Assembly (NCBI GenBank): GCA_904063045.1
Contig: CAJFCJ010000098.1
Coordinates: forward strand, 18,959 to 80,255
Source: Dimorphilus gyrociliatus
Taxonomy: Eukaryota; Animalia; Annelida
Direction: 5' to 3'
DNA: 61,297 bases
A program made the translations under genes and the position numbers. The notes under the pieces were generated by a model. That model saw only the letters and a list, made by a program, of their open reading frames with translations. It did no database searches and was not told the origin of the DNA. Shown here piece after piece: positions 10,845 through 23,678 of the stretch. Each line of letters begins with the position of its first letter. The first letter of the stretch is position 1.

Positions 10845-11480
10845 TTATATATGCCCCATATTGGCTTCAATAATGTTGAAGTCTGGGCAGTTAGCTGGCC
10901 ATGAATGCAATGTTTCAACTTTCTTTCTCTTTAGGTATTCCTTTGCTCTGGCTGCTGTATGACAGCTGGGCCCATCGTGTTGGAAAATTTTCCCTCTATA
11001 ATAATTGAATGCAAATATAGGCAAAAAGTCCCCAGCCACCTTGTAAAATTTTTGTTTTGATATTAAGCTATGCTGAATAGCTACTTTGAATTGGTAATAA
11101 TAATGATTAATATGTATAAACTAATGTCCTTTACGAAAAATGATCAAAAAATTGTTTTTCTTTTATAAAATCCTGTTTTAGTAAATACATCTCGAAAAAA
11201 GGGGTTAGTTAAAAATGAGTCACCATCTATTTAATCAAAAAAAGGGGGTTAAGCTGCATAAATCAAATAGGAAAGTATTTATTATAATTATATCTTTGGT
11301 TTTTCAAAAAAATAATGGTCATTGATAAAAAATTTGTTATTTGGTTGTTGAAAAATGCCAAGAAGGGCTATCATTGAACAAAATTACCAAAATGTTTACA
11401 ATTTCTAGCTTCAGTGCCCAATATATCTGGAAAATGTTCAATTGCATCATACAATTGAAGATTTGAAAGTTGGCCTATCA
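10845..11480. mobile_element. Tc1 fragments: DDE on minus (10845-11020), TIR plus HTH on plus (11020-11480)
   Basis: Mirror of 5480-6125. Confidence 0.75.
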
Positions 11481-12590
11481 TTAATTTTTAAACAACTACT
11501 CATTTCATCAAATTCATTACAAAAGATCAATTTATGTTATTGTGATTTAGGCAAGAACAACTGTGAAACTCTATCAAATCTGCTTTCAAACTGTTCAAAA
11601 ATTGAAAAGTTAATTTAAGTTGGAATCCAAATGTTGAACACTTTTTACCTAAAATTTGCCAAGCACTTTTAATATCGTCAATTGGACTCAAAGCTATAAA
11701 CTTTTGCAATTGTAATTTGGATGGGAATAGTATTAAGAATGTTGCAGATTTATTAAAGAAATGTTGTTCTTTACAAAAAGTTGACTTTTCATTGAATAAA
11801 GATTTAAAAGACAGCTTGCCTACTATTTTGGATGGACTCTACAATTGTTGTAATACTCTAGCAGAAATTTATTTAAAAAGTTGTCTTTTAAATGGAAGTA
11901 TGGCCAGAGAAATTGGTAATTTTTTAAATAACTGCCATAAAATTGAAAAGATCAATTTATCATTTAATGACATATGGAAAATGGATTTTTTATATATGTA
12001 AACATCTACACAACTCTTCAAATACTCTAAAAGAAAATACAACAATATCAGAACAAATATTAAGGAATATTGCTGACACATTAAAATCAGTGAAACAGCT
12101 GATAAAGATTGATTTCAAAGGCTGCAATTTAGAAGAGGAACAATGTAGAAAGATTGGAAAGCTTTTCTAAAGTTGCTCTAAAATAGACACAATCAACTTG
12201 GCATGGAATGTTCAGATGGGAGAAGGATTATTTAACATTTGTAAAGGACTCATCCAATCGTCAAGCTGTTTAAAAGAGATAAATTTCGGCTGTTGTAATT
12301 TAAACAATGGCAATGTAGACATATTGGAAACCTTTTTAAAGAATGCGCCAAGCTAGAGACAATCTACCTGACAGGAAATCATACAACAGGCAATGGACTA
12401 TTCTATATTTGTGCACAACTTCTTCATTTGTCAAATACTTTAAAATGCCTCAACTTTACAGAATGTAATTTGAGCGAAGACCAGTCTAAAATAATAATTA
12501 ACTTGTTTAAACACTGTTCAAAACTTAAAAGAATTTCTCTGGAACGGATATGGCATTGCGGAAGTGATCTTTTTGAACTAAGCAAATAGG
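11480..12590 (+). pseudogene. NLR-type LRR fragment (inverted copy, with extra 1 bp indels)
   Basis: Mirror of 4369-5480; ORFs 11717-12001 and 11943-12170. Confidence 0.78.
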
Positions 12591-13987
12591 TTGTTTAATT
12601 ACACTGCTCTTAAATATTTTAATTATTCTTCTAATATTCCTGGTGATTGTTTAAAATAGTTTAGAACTAGAAACTCATTTACTCAATAGATATTCTTTAA
12701 ACAAAATACTGGCATTTTGTTGATTAATTTCTACTGAAATTACATTTCTTAAGACTACTTGTGGACGAATTTGAAAGGTTCTATTTGTGTGAGTACTTTG
12801 GTGCATTGATAAATGATTGGAAAGGACGAATACTGTTCTGAAGAAGGAGAAATTCCTACAATTACAATACAACAAAGTACAATTTTGTTCAATAATTTAT
12901 GAAATTGATATCAATCATCCAAGGAGTTACATTATAGAGGGGAGTAGGAATCTTGTCAAAATTTTCTTTTTAGCATCTTTTGATAAATATTGAATTCATA
13001 ATATTCAAAAAACACTATTTGAAAACAGACCTAATCCTCAGTCTAGGCCTAGCATACTCTAAAAGTAATCAAAGTGCTAATTTCCAAAATCACTAGAAAT
13101 ATTGTTCCTACCCCTGCAACGAGTCACATGTGATAAGGAGAAGTGGAAAATGAAGAAAACTGAAAGTGAGAAAATGTTTTAAAAAGATATTTTGTGTGCA
13201 GTTTTTATTGAATCTAAACAATTTATGCTGTATATATAAGAGAGAGGTTGAAATGTGAACAGAGAGTGACAAGCATCTCTCACAAAATAATAAAAACAAA
13301 CAGAAAAATACTTTTACAATAGATTTAAGTGTTTTAAAAAGTAAGAAAACTACTTTTTTATACTAACTGCCAAGCTACAACTTTTTCAACAGCTATACAT
13401 GATTGTTACAATTGTGCTATTGCAATACCATTAGACTGTAAAATAGAAATGGATATCTAAAGTCCAAGTATTGATAATTCACTATATCTAAGTGCACAAA
13501 AATTCTAAAAATATGTTTGTTAAAAGGCTGCGTTGGTCTTTAAAATGGTGGAAAATGCCAAATTATTAAAAATTCCATTGTTTAGTGGTAATAATTGAAT
13601 AATGAATTACAGAGCAATCGAACAATTTCTGTCATTATTGAAAAGTTTTTATACACATTTAAATTGCCTCATGAATTAAATTATTAATTCAAAATGTAAA
13701 TTAATCAATGAAAACATATCAAAAATCCTTTAGAATATTGGTTCAGTTATAAACATCACTGGTTGTACTTTGTTGTTTTGAAATTGGAGGAATTTCTGGT
13801 TTCTTACAACTGTAAGCATTCTTTCCAATCATTTGCCAATTTGCCAAAGTACTCACACAAATAGAACCTTTAGAATTCGTCCACAAATAGTCTTAGCAAA
13901 TGTAATTTTGGTAGAAATTAATCAGCAAAACACAAGTATTTCATTTAAAGAATATGTATTGAGTAAAATGAGCAATTACCTACAGTA

Positions 13988-15194
13988 TTACATACATAAA
14001 ATTTCTTTATATAATGTTTCTACAGCTTTGATTGAATGTTCTAATGAGAAACCCTTTACTGCATATTCAGCACAGTAGGCACGTCTAGCTGCTTTATCGC
14101 TGTGTTTAAGTTCTTCCATAATGGCATCAGCCAGTTCTAAATCATCTTCTACTTGAACCAGACGACCTACTTTGCTATCAATAAAATCTGGTAAACCACC
14201 TTGGTTAGTACCCACTACAGGTGTGCCACAAGCAAGGGCTTCAATTGCTACTAGACCAAATGGTTCTGTACGAGAAGGCACAACACTTACATCTGCAATA
14301 TTGTACATTTTAACTAATGTCTCTTGATTAACGTGACCTAAGAAGTATACATGTTCAAGGTCTAAATCTTCTTTCATACGCTTTAACACACCATAGAGTT
14401 CACCATTACCTGCAATAATTGTCATTACTTTACCACAGGTTGATTTTTCGTAACGTTTTGCTGCTTTTAGCAATACATCCACACCTTTAAAGTGTGTTAA
14501 TTTTCCTGCAAAAGCTACGATACAATCTGTTTTGACTGTAACATCAAATTCATTTAAAACAGTTTCTTTACTTAAGTCCAGAGGATGGAATAAGGATTCA
14601 TCATAACCATTTAATAAAATCATACGTTTATTGCTCGGCACTTTATACAGTTGTGCTGTTTCAGCATCTACTTGTTTAGAGATGGTAATAATCATCTTAG
14701 CATTAGCCACCCCTTCTATAGCAAAAACTATGGTATCTGTCATCTTTTACAAAGCCTTTTAAATCCGTACCATGGGCAGTAATAACATATGGCACACCTG
14801 TTAACATAGCAGCATAAGGTGTAATCCATAAATGCTGTGCATGGATAATATCTGGTTTAAAAGTATCTACTTCCTCTTGAACCACTTCTATATATTTATC
14901 CATGTAAGTCTTCATTTGATCATCTGATAATTCATAATAAGTTGTATTACTTCTTGGATGGGTTGTAAAACATGGAAAATTGAAATCCACTTCAGGCTTT
15001 ACTGTATTTGGTCCCTTAAACTTAATGACTCTTGATTCAAATCCTTTATATGTCTTGTCTTCGTGTTCTGGATAAATGATTTTAACCTTATGGCCAAAAC
15101 TTACTAAAGCCTTTGCCAAATTTTTGGTGTACACGCCACTACCAGTCCCCTCCAATGGAAAATGATTAACTAACAAAATCTTCACACTCATCAT
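13988..15194 (-). CDS. Bacterial-type GT4 glycosyltransferase, complete copy; 401 aa once one extra base in a 5-T run (~14723-14727) is removed
   Basis: ORFs 14703-15194 and 13988-14743 join as KDDRYHSFAIEGVANAK. 1207 nt minus 1 = 402 codons including the stop. Confidence 0.88.
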
Positions 15195-15751
15195 CCCTTA
15201 CTTGTAATTTATGAGAAATTTCTTGCTATAACAATAGAAACTTGTTATAAAAGTAGTCAGCATAAATATGCTACAAAGTAAATTTTGATAGTCCAAATAT
15301 TAAAAGTCTTTTTCTTTGCACACATACATTTGTCAACTATAATCTCACAATAGAGAAGTAGTATTGAGCCAGGATTGTACTATTCAAAAGAGTTTTGTGG
15401 CATTGTGTGTAATTATATAAATTTGATAGATTTTTAAATTATATTAAAGATTTTGTGGATTGTGTGGTAATTATATAAGATTTGATAAAGATTTTTCAAA
15501 AATCATTAAACTAGGATAAAAGTTGTTCCCCTGCTAGCTGACTGTTGCTGAACATTTGTTTCTTTTGCTCCTAACACTGCATAGCCAGAATGTTGTCTTT
15601 TTTCTTTTTCTTTTAAAGAAAAAAATATGTGCTACAATATGGAAAAATCTTTTACTGGAGGAGAAACCTGTGTATATCTGTATGATCAGAATCAGAATCA
15701 AGTTTTTTTCTTCAAATTATTATCATAACTCCATATATCATATATTTTCTT

Positions 15752-17263
15752 CAGGTCAGGTGCAAACGTACCTGGGTGCGAATGTACCCAAGGCAGGTGT
15801 GAACATACCCAGGTACATTCCCACCCTCTTTCCTCTTTCTTTTATTTATTGATTTTTCATCAAATGGTTTTGTTAATAATAGATATATATGTATATACTC
15901 AGACTGTAAAAAGTAATATTTTATCAATGTGAAGTATTATTAAAAAATATTAAATATTGTTGAAAAGTGAAATGGCAGGAAGTTCAATAGTGAAGGTGGT
16001 TGAAATAAACTTTCACTTTGGACAGCATATACTTTCAAAGGTAAGCTGTATGTCCTGAATAAATTTGGACAAAGTGCTTCTTTGTAGATTTTGAACAGGT
16101 AAATATTTAAAGCTTTTTAACTAGATTTTTGATGCAAAATATTACAATTTAATATATTTTCTTTAATAACAAATTATTTCAATATTTGCTATAAACAAAA
16201 TTTCAGCCATTTTGAATATTTGGAAAGGACAGTGATTTTTTAATAATCAAGTGAATTTGTTCTGTTGAAACAACATGGTTTCAAAGTGCAACAATTGTGA
16301 TTCAAAAATTTATGGAAGGCAAAAATATTTGAAATGCTGCCTTTGTGAGAATCTTATCCATAGAAAATGTTCAGGTACATCAGTTTTCAAATATGATTTA
16401 GGCAACTATCTTTTCTTAACACATTGACACAGAAACACCTAGCATACCTGTTTGCACAAGATGTAACAAAAGAAAATGTACTGTTAGCCTTAAGAAGTTA
16501 ACAAATCTGGAAATTGATCAATACAAAGAAAGTAATAAGGACTTCAATGATAACAGAAGTGATCCTGCTGAGGTTAAAGATTCAACATTTGATTATGAAA
16601 GTCCTCGGCAATCAGAAAACCAATCAATGGATGTAGAAGGAACTGATGAAAATACAGAAGATGAAAATGACTCAATCAGGAGGAATGATTTTGAGATTGT
16701 ACAAGGAGGAAGCAGAAAAGGACATGACATTTTATTGAATGATGGATATTCTTTTGTTGTTAAACATAAAACACTTACAACAACAATTTGGGTATGCAGT
16801 GTGAGAAGTAAGAAAAAAAGATGTGTAGCTAGAATAAGACAAAATGGAAGTATATTATTAAAGGCAATCTGGAACATAATCACAACAGAAAACCTAATTT
16901 GGAAGTAGATGTTAAAGTAAAAACTGATGTAAAAACTATTTGCAAAAGTGATAACAAAGCATCTGGAAGAAGCATTGCTGAAAAATTTCTATTATCATAT
17001 GAACCTAATGCTAAATGTCTTCCTGATATCAATTACTTAAAAAGGATGGCAAACTCAAACAGACAAAAATTCAGGCCAGTTGAACCAAAAGTGTATAATT
17101 TCAACTTGAACACAACTTTTTTACCTGATGAATTTCTCCAGAAAGACATTTGTGAAAATGGAGAAAGAATCTTAATTTTTGCAACAAACCATCAGCTGAA
17201 CTTATTATCCAAATCCAACTACTGGTATATTGATGGTACTTTCCAAATTGTTAAGGATCCATT
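15752..17263 (+). mobile_element. MULE family 2, 3'-truncated (third copy)
   Basis: Left TIR caggtcaggtgcaaacgtacc..., PHD exon from ~16274, FLYWCH ORFs 16627-17327. Confidence 0.85.
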
Positions 17264-17575
17264 CTGGTTACTTTTCAATTTGATGGCTATTCTACCTTCC
17301 AAATCAATGTATTGTGGCTTCATTTGAATTGTTGAATTCAATTTTTCAGGTGTATCAAAGTTGTTACATCTGTTCCAATACCATATTGTGAACACTCACT
17401 GTTTGTTTGTTTTAATTAATTCATTATGGGTGTGTTATTATGGTTGTATTTAAATATACTTTGTGAATAAAATTGTAATTATTTTATCATATTATTAGTT
17501 GATTCTTTTAGATTTAGATATATAAAACTAGGTCATCATCCATTGATTGGAAGAGTTTTGTCTTAAAAAATACTT

Positions 17576-18512
17576 TTATATATGCCCCATATTGGCTTCA
17601 ATAATGTTGAAGTCTGGGCAGTTAGCTGGCCATGAATGCAATGTTTCAACTTTCTTTCTCTTTAGGTATTCCTTTGCTCTGGCTGCTGTATGACAGCTGG
17701 GCCCATCGTGTTGGAAAATTTTCCCTCTATAATAATTGAATGCAAATATAGGCAAAAAGTCCCCAGCCACCTTGTAAAATTTTTTGTTTTGATATTAAGC
17801 TATGCTGAATAGCTACTTTGAATTGGTAATAATAATGATTAATATGTATAAACTAATGTCCTTTACGAAAAATGATCAAAAAATTGTTTTCTTTTATAAA
17901 ATCCTGTTTTAGTAAATACATCTCGAAAAAAGGGGTTAGTTAAAAATGAGTCACCATCTATTTAATCAAAAAAAGGGGGTTAAGCTGCATAAATCAAATA
18001 GGAAAGTATTTTATTATAATTATATCTTTGGTTTTTCAAAAAAATAATGGTCATTGATAAAAAATTTGTTATTTGGTTGTTGAAAAATGCCAAGAAGGCT
18101 ATCATTGAACAAAATTACCAAAATGTTTACAATTTCTAGCTTCAGTGCCCAATATATCTGGAAAATGTTTCAATTGCATCATACAATTGAAGATTTGAAA
18201 GTTGGCCTATCATTAATTTTTAAACAACTACTCATTTCATCAAATTCATTACAAAAGATCAATTTATGTTATTGTGATTTAGGCAAGAACAAACTGTAAA
18301 CTCTATCAAATCTGCTTTCAAACTGTTCAAAAATTGAAAAAGTTAATTTAAGTTGGAATCCAAATGTTGAACACTTTTTACCTAAAATTTGCCAAGCACT
18401 TTTAATATCGTCAATTGGACTCAAAGCTATAAATTTTGCAATTGTAATTTGGATGGGAATAGTATTAAGAATGTTCAGATTTATTAAAGAAATGTTGTTC
18501 TTTACAAAAAGT
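17576..18512. mobile_element. Third copy of the Tc1 fragments followed by the start of the LRR fragment, ending at the gap
   Basis: Repeats 10845-11780. Confidence 0.75.
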
Positions 18513-19024
18513 NNNNNNNNNNNNNNNNNNNNNNNNNNNNNNNNNNNNNNNNNNNNNNNNNNNNNNNNNNNNNNNNNNNNNNNNNNNNNNNNNNNNNNNN
18601 NNNNNNNNNNNNNNNNNNNNNNNNNNNNNNNNNNNNNNNNNNNNNNNNNNNNNNNNNNNNNNNNNNNNNNNNNNNNNNNNNNNNNNNNNNNNNNNNNNNN
18701 NNNNNNNNNNNNNNNNNNNNNNNNNNNNNNNNNNNNNNNNNNNNNNNNNNNNNNNNNNNNNNNNNNNNNNNNNNNNNNNNNNNNNNNNNNNNNNNNNNNN
18801 NNNNNNNNNNNNNNNNNNNNNNNNNNNNNNNNNNNNNNNNNNNNNNNNNNNNNNNNNNNNNNNNNNNNNNNNNNNNNNNNNNNNNNNNNNNNNNNNNNNN
18901 NNNNNNNNNNNNNNNNNNNNNNNNNNNNNNNNNNNNNNNNNNNNNNNNNNNNNNNNNNNNNNNNNNNNNNNNNNNNNNNNNNNNNNNNNNNNNNNNNNNN
19001 NNNNNNNNNNNNNNNNNNNNNNNN
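18513..19024. other. Assembly gap (N run)
   Basis: N run. Confidence 0.98.
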
Positions 19025-19433
19025 ACTCTCTTGAGGTAATATGAAATTTTTAATTTTTAGAGGATTTTTTGTTCTTATTAATCTTCATGATTAAAAACTT
19101 ATTAATTATTTTATTAATAATCAATCTAACATAAATTTAGCAATTTTGTTTGTTAATGAAGTTTTTTTTCATTGTTATTGTCAAAATACTAATTGTTACA
19201 TAAAAAATCATAATAATGATATGACAAATTCATTTACTAATATTAGTTTAGCTCTTCTTTTTCTCCAATATTTTAGAAAAAATATTGAATAATGGACAAG
19301 TGTTCTATTTGCAATGATAAATTTGTTGGTAGGCAAATAAAAGGCCAATGCTCTTTGTGTTGGCATATTTGTCATATAAAATGTCTTCATGGTTTGTACT
19401 ATCTTCTATTTGAAAAACATTTACTGTTTTTTT

Positions 19434-20564
19434 TGCTGTCTTGACTGGATGTTCATTTCACTGGTCTCAGGCAATATTTAGAAAAATTCAGGTTTATTAA
19501 TTTCTAAAACAATTTTAACAATCCAATTAATATTTGTTTTGTTTAAGGAACTCAGTTATAGCAGGGAATTTAGAAAAAAAGAGGGAGCTTGGGAATCCAT
19601 GAGAATGATTATGTCTTTGCCATATTTGCCTCATGGCATGATTGAAAATCAATTCACTAAAATTCAAAATCAACTGACAAAAGAAAATAAACTGTCTGAT
19701 TTGTTGGACTACGTGTCTAATAGTTGGATAAAAAATACATTTTGGTCTCCAGGAGACTTGGTCTGTTTTTGATCAAAGCATAAGAACAAATAATGATCTG
19801 GAAGGTTATCATCAAAGGCTGAATAAAATTGTTGGAGAAAATGTTTCTTTTTATTTAGTGATTGATGAGTTAAAGAGGGAAGCAGATATGATAAATCTGT
19901 ACAAAAAGCTTTTAAGTGAGAGAAAGATAATTAGACTTGAAAGGAAGACTTATAGCCAAATTCAAAAAGATCTTTTCTTAATTTGGGAAAATTTTAAAAC
20001 AGGTGAAATTAATGCAAACCAACTTCTGCAGCTTTGCTCAGAATTATATTATTGAAAATAATTGACAATACCTTGATATCAAAAAACTTTACTTGAAAAC
20101 ACTGGTCATTTAATTGTAAAACTTGAAAAAAGTTTGTCTTTCTTTTAAAGTTGTTTACAAATAATCAATACACAATTTATATGGTAAACCTAAAGTTGCA
20201 TATTATAAAAAGTTTTCTATTAACTTGTTTTTCAATATAGATTTACATTTAAATGAAATTTATTTTTATTTATGTTTTCTTTTGGTTCATGGATATTTAA
20301 TTTCAGTTTATAGACATTTTCCTTCACTTTATGGACACTTTCTTTCACTTTACGGATGTTTTCTTTCACTCCATAAGGAAATATAATTCCTAAAAAATTA
20401 AGCTAATAGGAAAAATTATGTGAATTTTTTTTGAATATTTCATTTATTAAGTATATATTTAACATATTCTTTTACCATAGGTTCACTTTTACAACATATA
20501 TTTATATTTAAATGAAATTTATTTTAATGGACGTTTTCTTTCATGGACATTTTCTGTCGACCCC
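19434..20564 (+). mobile_element. MULE family 1, 5'-truncated copy (3' transposase exons plus right TIR)
   Basis: GCSFHWSQ exon, TNNDLEG exon with a +1 near 19753, and the end ctgtcgacccc. Confidence 0.88.
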
Positions 20565-21186
20565 TGGTGCTGCATGCTATACATCTAGGAGTACCTTACA
20601 GTATCTAAATGAAAAGAACTTAAGACACTAGTAAGACTGGCCAGCGCAGAGTCCTGACTTAAATCCTATTGAAAATTTATGGTCATACCTAAAAGGAAGG
20701 GTTGGTAAACATCTGTTCACACATGTTGATGATCTATGGAGGGTAACACAGCAAGAATTTGACAATATTCCAACTGAATATGTTGAAAAATTGTTTAACA
20801 GTGTTAGAAAGGGGCTACAACTGTGTCATTTCAATAAGGTTGGCCAGACTAAGAATTTAAAAGGTTTAAAAGTATTATTACTATATTTTCATAAAATATT
20901 ATAATAATTCATGTATAGAAATTGTTAAGGAGTGTCCTAAGGTAGATTTAAAGTAAAATATTTAATTAAATAAATGGTGACTCATTTTTAACTAACCCCT
21001 TTTTTCGAGGTATAATTACTAAACAGGACTTTATAAAAGAAAAACAATTTTTGATAATTTTTTGTACAGGACATTAGTTTCTACATATTAATCATTATTA
21101 TTACCAATTCAAAGTAGTTATTTTGTATATCTTAATATCAAAACTAAAAATTTTACAGGGTGGCTGGGGACTTTTTGCCTCTACTG
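20565..21186 (+). mobile_element. Tc1/mariner 3' end (degenerate transposase C-terminus plus long right TIR ending ...gcctctactg|TA)
   Basis: DWPAQSPDLNPIENLWSYLK. The terminus reverse-complements to TA|CAGTAGAGGCAAAAAG, a Tc1-like end. Confidence 0.85.
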
Positions 21187-21250
21187 TATAATATAAAATC
21201 ATACTTATGATGCATTTCTGATAAATATATTTCATTGCAAGTACACAAGA

Positions 21251-21457
21251 CTTTTTGACAGAAAACATCCACAAATGAGAAATTTCAAGACTAGATTTTG
21301 GATTGAGAAATGGTTACGAAGAAGAAGACAACAAATGATTTGTACTTAGGGGGGTCTTCTATAAGGGTTAGGGGTAATGCAAAAGGTTAGGTACTGCCAA
21401 GGGCTGGGTTAGGGTTAGGGTAAAAGGACTGATTTGTGGATGTTTCCTGTCACATCC
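21251..21457 (-). mobile_element. 207 bp MULE-type MITE, reverse orientation, no TSD recognised
   Basis: TIRs gacagaaaacatccacaaat / atttgtggatgtttcctgtc, with internal gggttagggttaggg. Confidence 0.7.
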
Positions 21458-21549
21458 TGGCTGTCATTTTATTTATCAACATTGTTTTTATTTTTGTAGA
21501 TTCCATTATTTTATTCTAAATAATAAAATTAAGAAAACTTAATATTTTT

Positions 21550-21780
21550 ATGGGTTTGGAAATTTGCTGAATCATTGTTCCATACTGGAAACAATTTATC
21601 TAAGTGATAATAAAAATATGGTAATTGGATTTTTAAATATTTGTGAAGGACTTCAAATGTCATTAAATAGTCTAAAAATTCTTTATATATGTGACTGAAT
21701 TAAATGAAGAACAATGTGTAGTGTTTGGAAATTTGCTGAAAGATTGTGTGGGCTTACACAGGATTGATTGGGACTCTTGA
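21550..21780 (+). pseudogene. Isolated NLR-type LRR fragment; 2 bp deletion near 21697 relative to the copy at 28666-28884
   Basis: LETIYLSDNKNMVIGFLNICEGLQMSLNSLKILYICD. Confidence 0.7.
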
Positions 21781-22141
21781 AGTGTGAGAATTCTGTTTCT
21801 CTTTTTTGATTTAAACAAAAAAAACCTTTTGCAAACCCTAACCCTAATCCTAAAACTTTGGATGAATATCATTTAACCATTTATTTGTTTATAGTTGTGG
21901 ACTAACATGAGGTTCTATTTGGACCAGTACTTTGGCATAATATTAAATGAGTAGTACAGATAAATAAGGTTTGGATGAGAACAAAATTCCTATGATCATG
22001 TACAACAAAGTATATTTTAATATTTAATTTAAATGAAGGCATTTTGTTTTCCATTGTATATGTATATTAATTTTCAGACTGAAAATTTCAGAAACTGTGA
22101 TGACAACAGCAAAAGCATTATAGTTTTAAGACAATTAATTA

Positions 22142-23628
22142 CTATTTATATAGAAGGATTTGAAAAGGATAGATTTTATTGTTAGGGACATTAATATGAA
22201 GTTTTGTGTTTTTGTTAGAACGTTTAAAAAAGAATTGATTTATATTGTTATCAATATAAATCATATTACAAATGCTTCCATAAGTTGTATCATTTTTTAA
22301 ATCATTCCAGATAATTAAATTATCAGGACTAACATTTTCTTTCAACAAAATATAAGTATCATTATTATCATTTTTTATTGAATCTTTAATATTAGACAAA
22401 TCAATTGAATGAGTAGATGGAGGTAAATTATATCACATATTTTATTTCTTTTAAGTGAATTAACTGTAAAAAAAAAGAAAATTTTATAATTTGCTTTTAA
22501 GAAAATAAAGATTGATATACTTGTTTTTCAAAAAATGAATATGCATAAATTATTATTCCATGAATATTTTTGCTTTTGAATTAAGTTTGAAATTTTTTGA
22601 AATTATAAATTTCAATTTACTACAGACTATATGATCATGTAAAAATTGACCAGTAAAATTTACAATTTTTATATTTTTCCAAATGTAATCTTCAATTTTT
22701 AGAATACTTTCAGATGTAAAATCATTTCCATTGTCAACTGTAAAAAGAAACAAAGGGAAATATATTAAATTAGGGCGAATATATATAGGTGCAATCGGGG
22801 TAGGCAAACAGAGTTGAAGTAGACAACTTTAGTTTGAAATTCAATAACATTATCAGTCAAAATTTCTATTTCATTTTGAAAATTGAAAAAATAATTTTGG
22901 AGCGAATTGATTTGTCCAGTATTTAAATTTGTATTATTTTGTAGAACATTTTCAAATGTATTTTCAAATTGATAAGCAAAATCTGTGGAAGAGGAGAGTG
23001 AGAGTTGATGGTTATGGTTATGTCTTGGGGTTAGGGTTATAGGTTAAATCTAACCCTAACTCTAAATTAGATATTATTACTTTCAACTTTTTAATGAATT
23101 TCCCAAAATAATATCAAATTTTGAAATTTCTGTATCTAAAAAAGAAAGAAAGAATTATTCATTATTTATATAATAAATATAAACATTTTACTATTTTTTC
23201 CAGTTAGTAAGCAAACACTTGATATTGAATAAATATTTTCAAGATCAACAGCCCACCATGAATATTCATTTGGATCAGCATCAGTTAATGAACATTGAAA
23301 TATATTCTTCAATCAACCAATCAAAAAAAAATAGATTAATAATTTATTCATGGGTAAAAACAAAAACATAATAAATTATACTTTACTATTTCTAGTGATT
23401 TTAATCATTGAATCTGTTGCAAAAGTTGCTAGATTTGTATATTCCTCACTTAATATAGATCCATTTGTTGAGCTTTGAAAAGCCATTTTTCCTCTAGCAA
23501 GATTGTTTGTAGAATTGATTATTGTAGGAAAAAGTCCTTTAAATTAAAGTTAAAAAAGAAGGTAGAAATAACAAAAATAGAGAAAATATTTATTATTTAC
23601 CACAAAAGATAAATGTTGCCAAAATCAT
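22142..23628 (-). pseudogene. Secreted F-type lectin (FTP/fucolectin domain) paralog, internally deleted
   Basis: Exon 1 at 23628-23601 (MILATFIFC) is spliced to exon 2 from 23536 (GLFPTIINSTNNLARGKMAFQSST). Next exon has DADPNEYSWWAVDLENIYSISSVCLL. Downstream exons align with those of the 36.5-38.7 kb gene. Confidence 0.7.
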
Positions 23629-23678
23629 TTTTTTTTCTCTCCCTCTCACCCTTTGCCAATTAAGCGATTATTATTATC

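Larger units (their letters stand above)
9633..14504 (-). repeat. Inverted copy of 2454-7333 (fold-back arm; spacer 7334-9632)
   Basis: Junction ctaccaaaatta|aaatgttcagg at 9632/9633 is the reverse complement of 7333 downward. All ORFs are mirrored, e.g. 6360-7070(-) vs 10003-10605(+). Confidence 0.92.
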
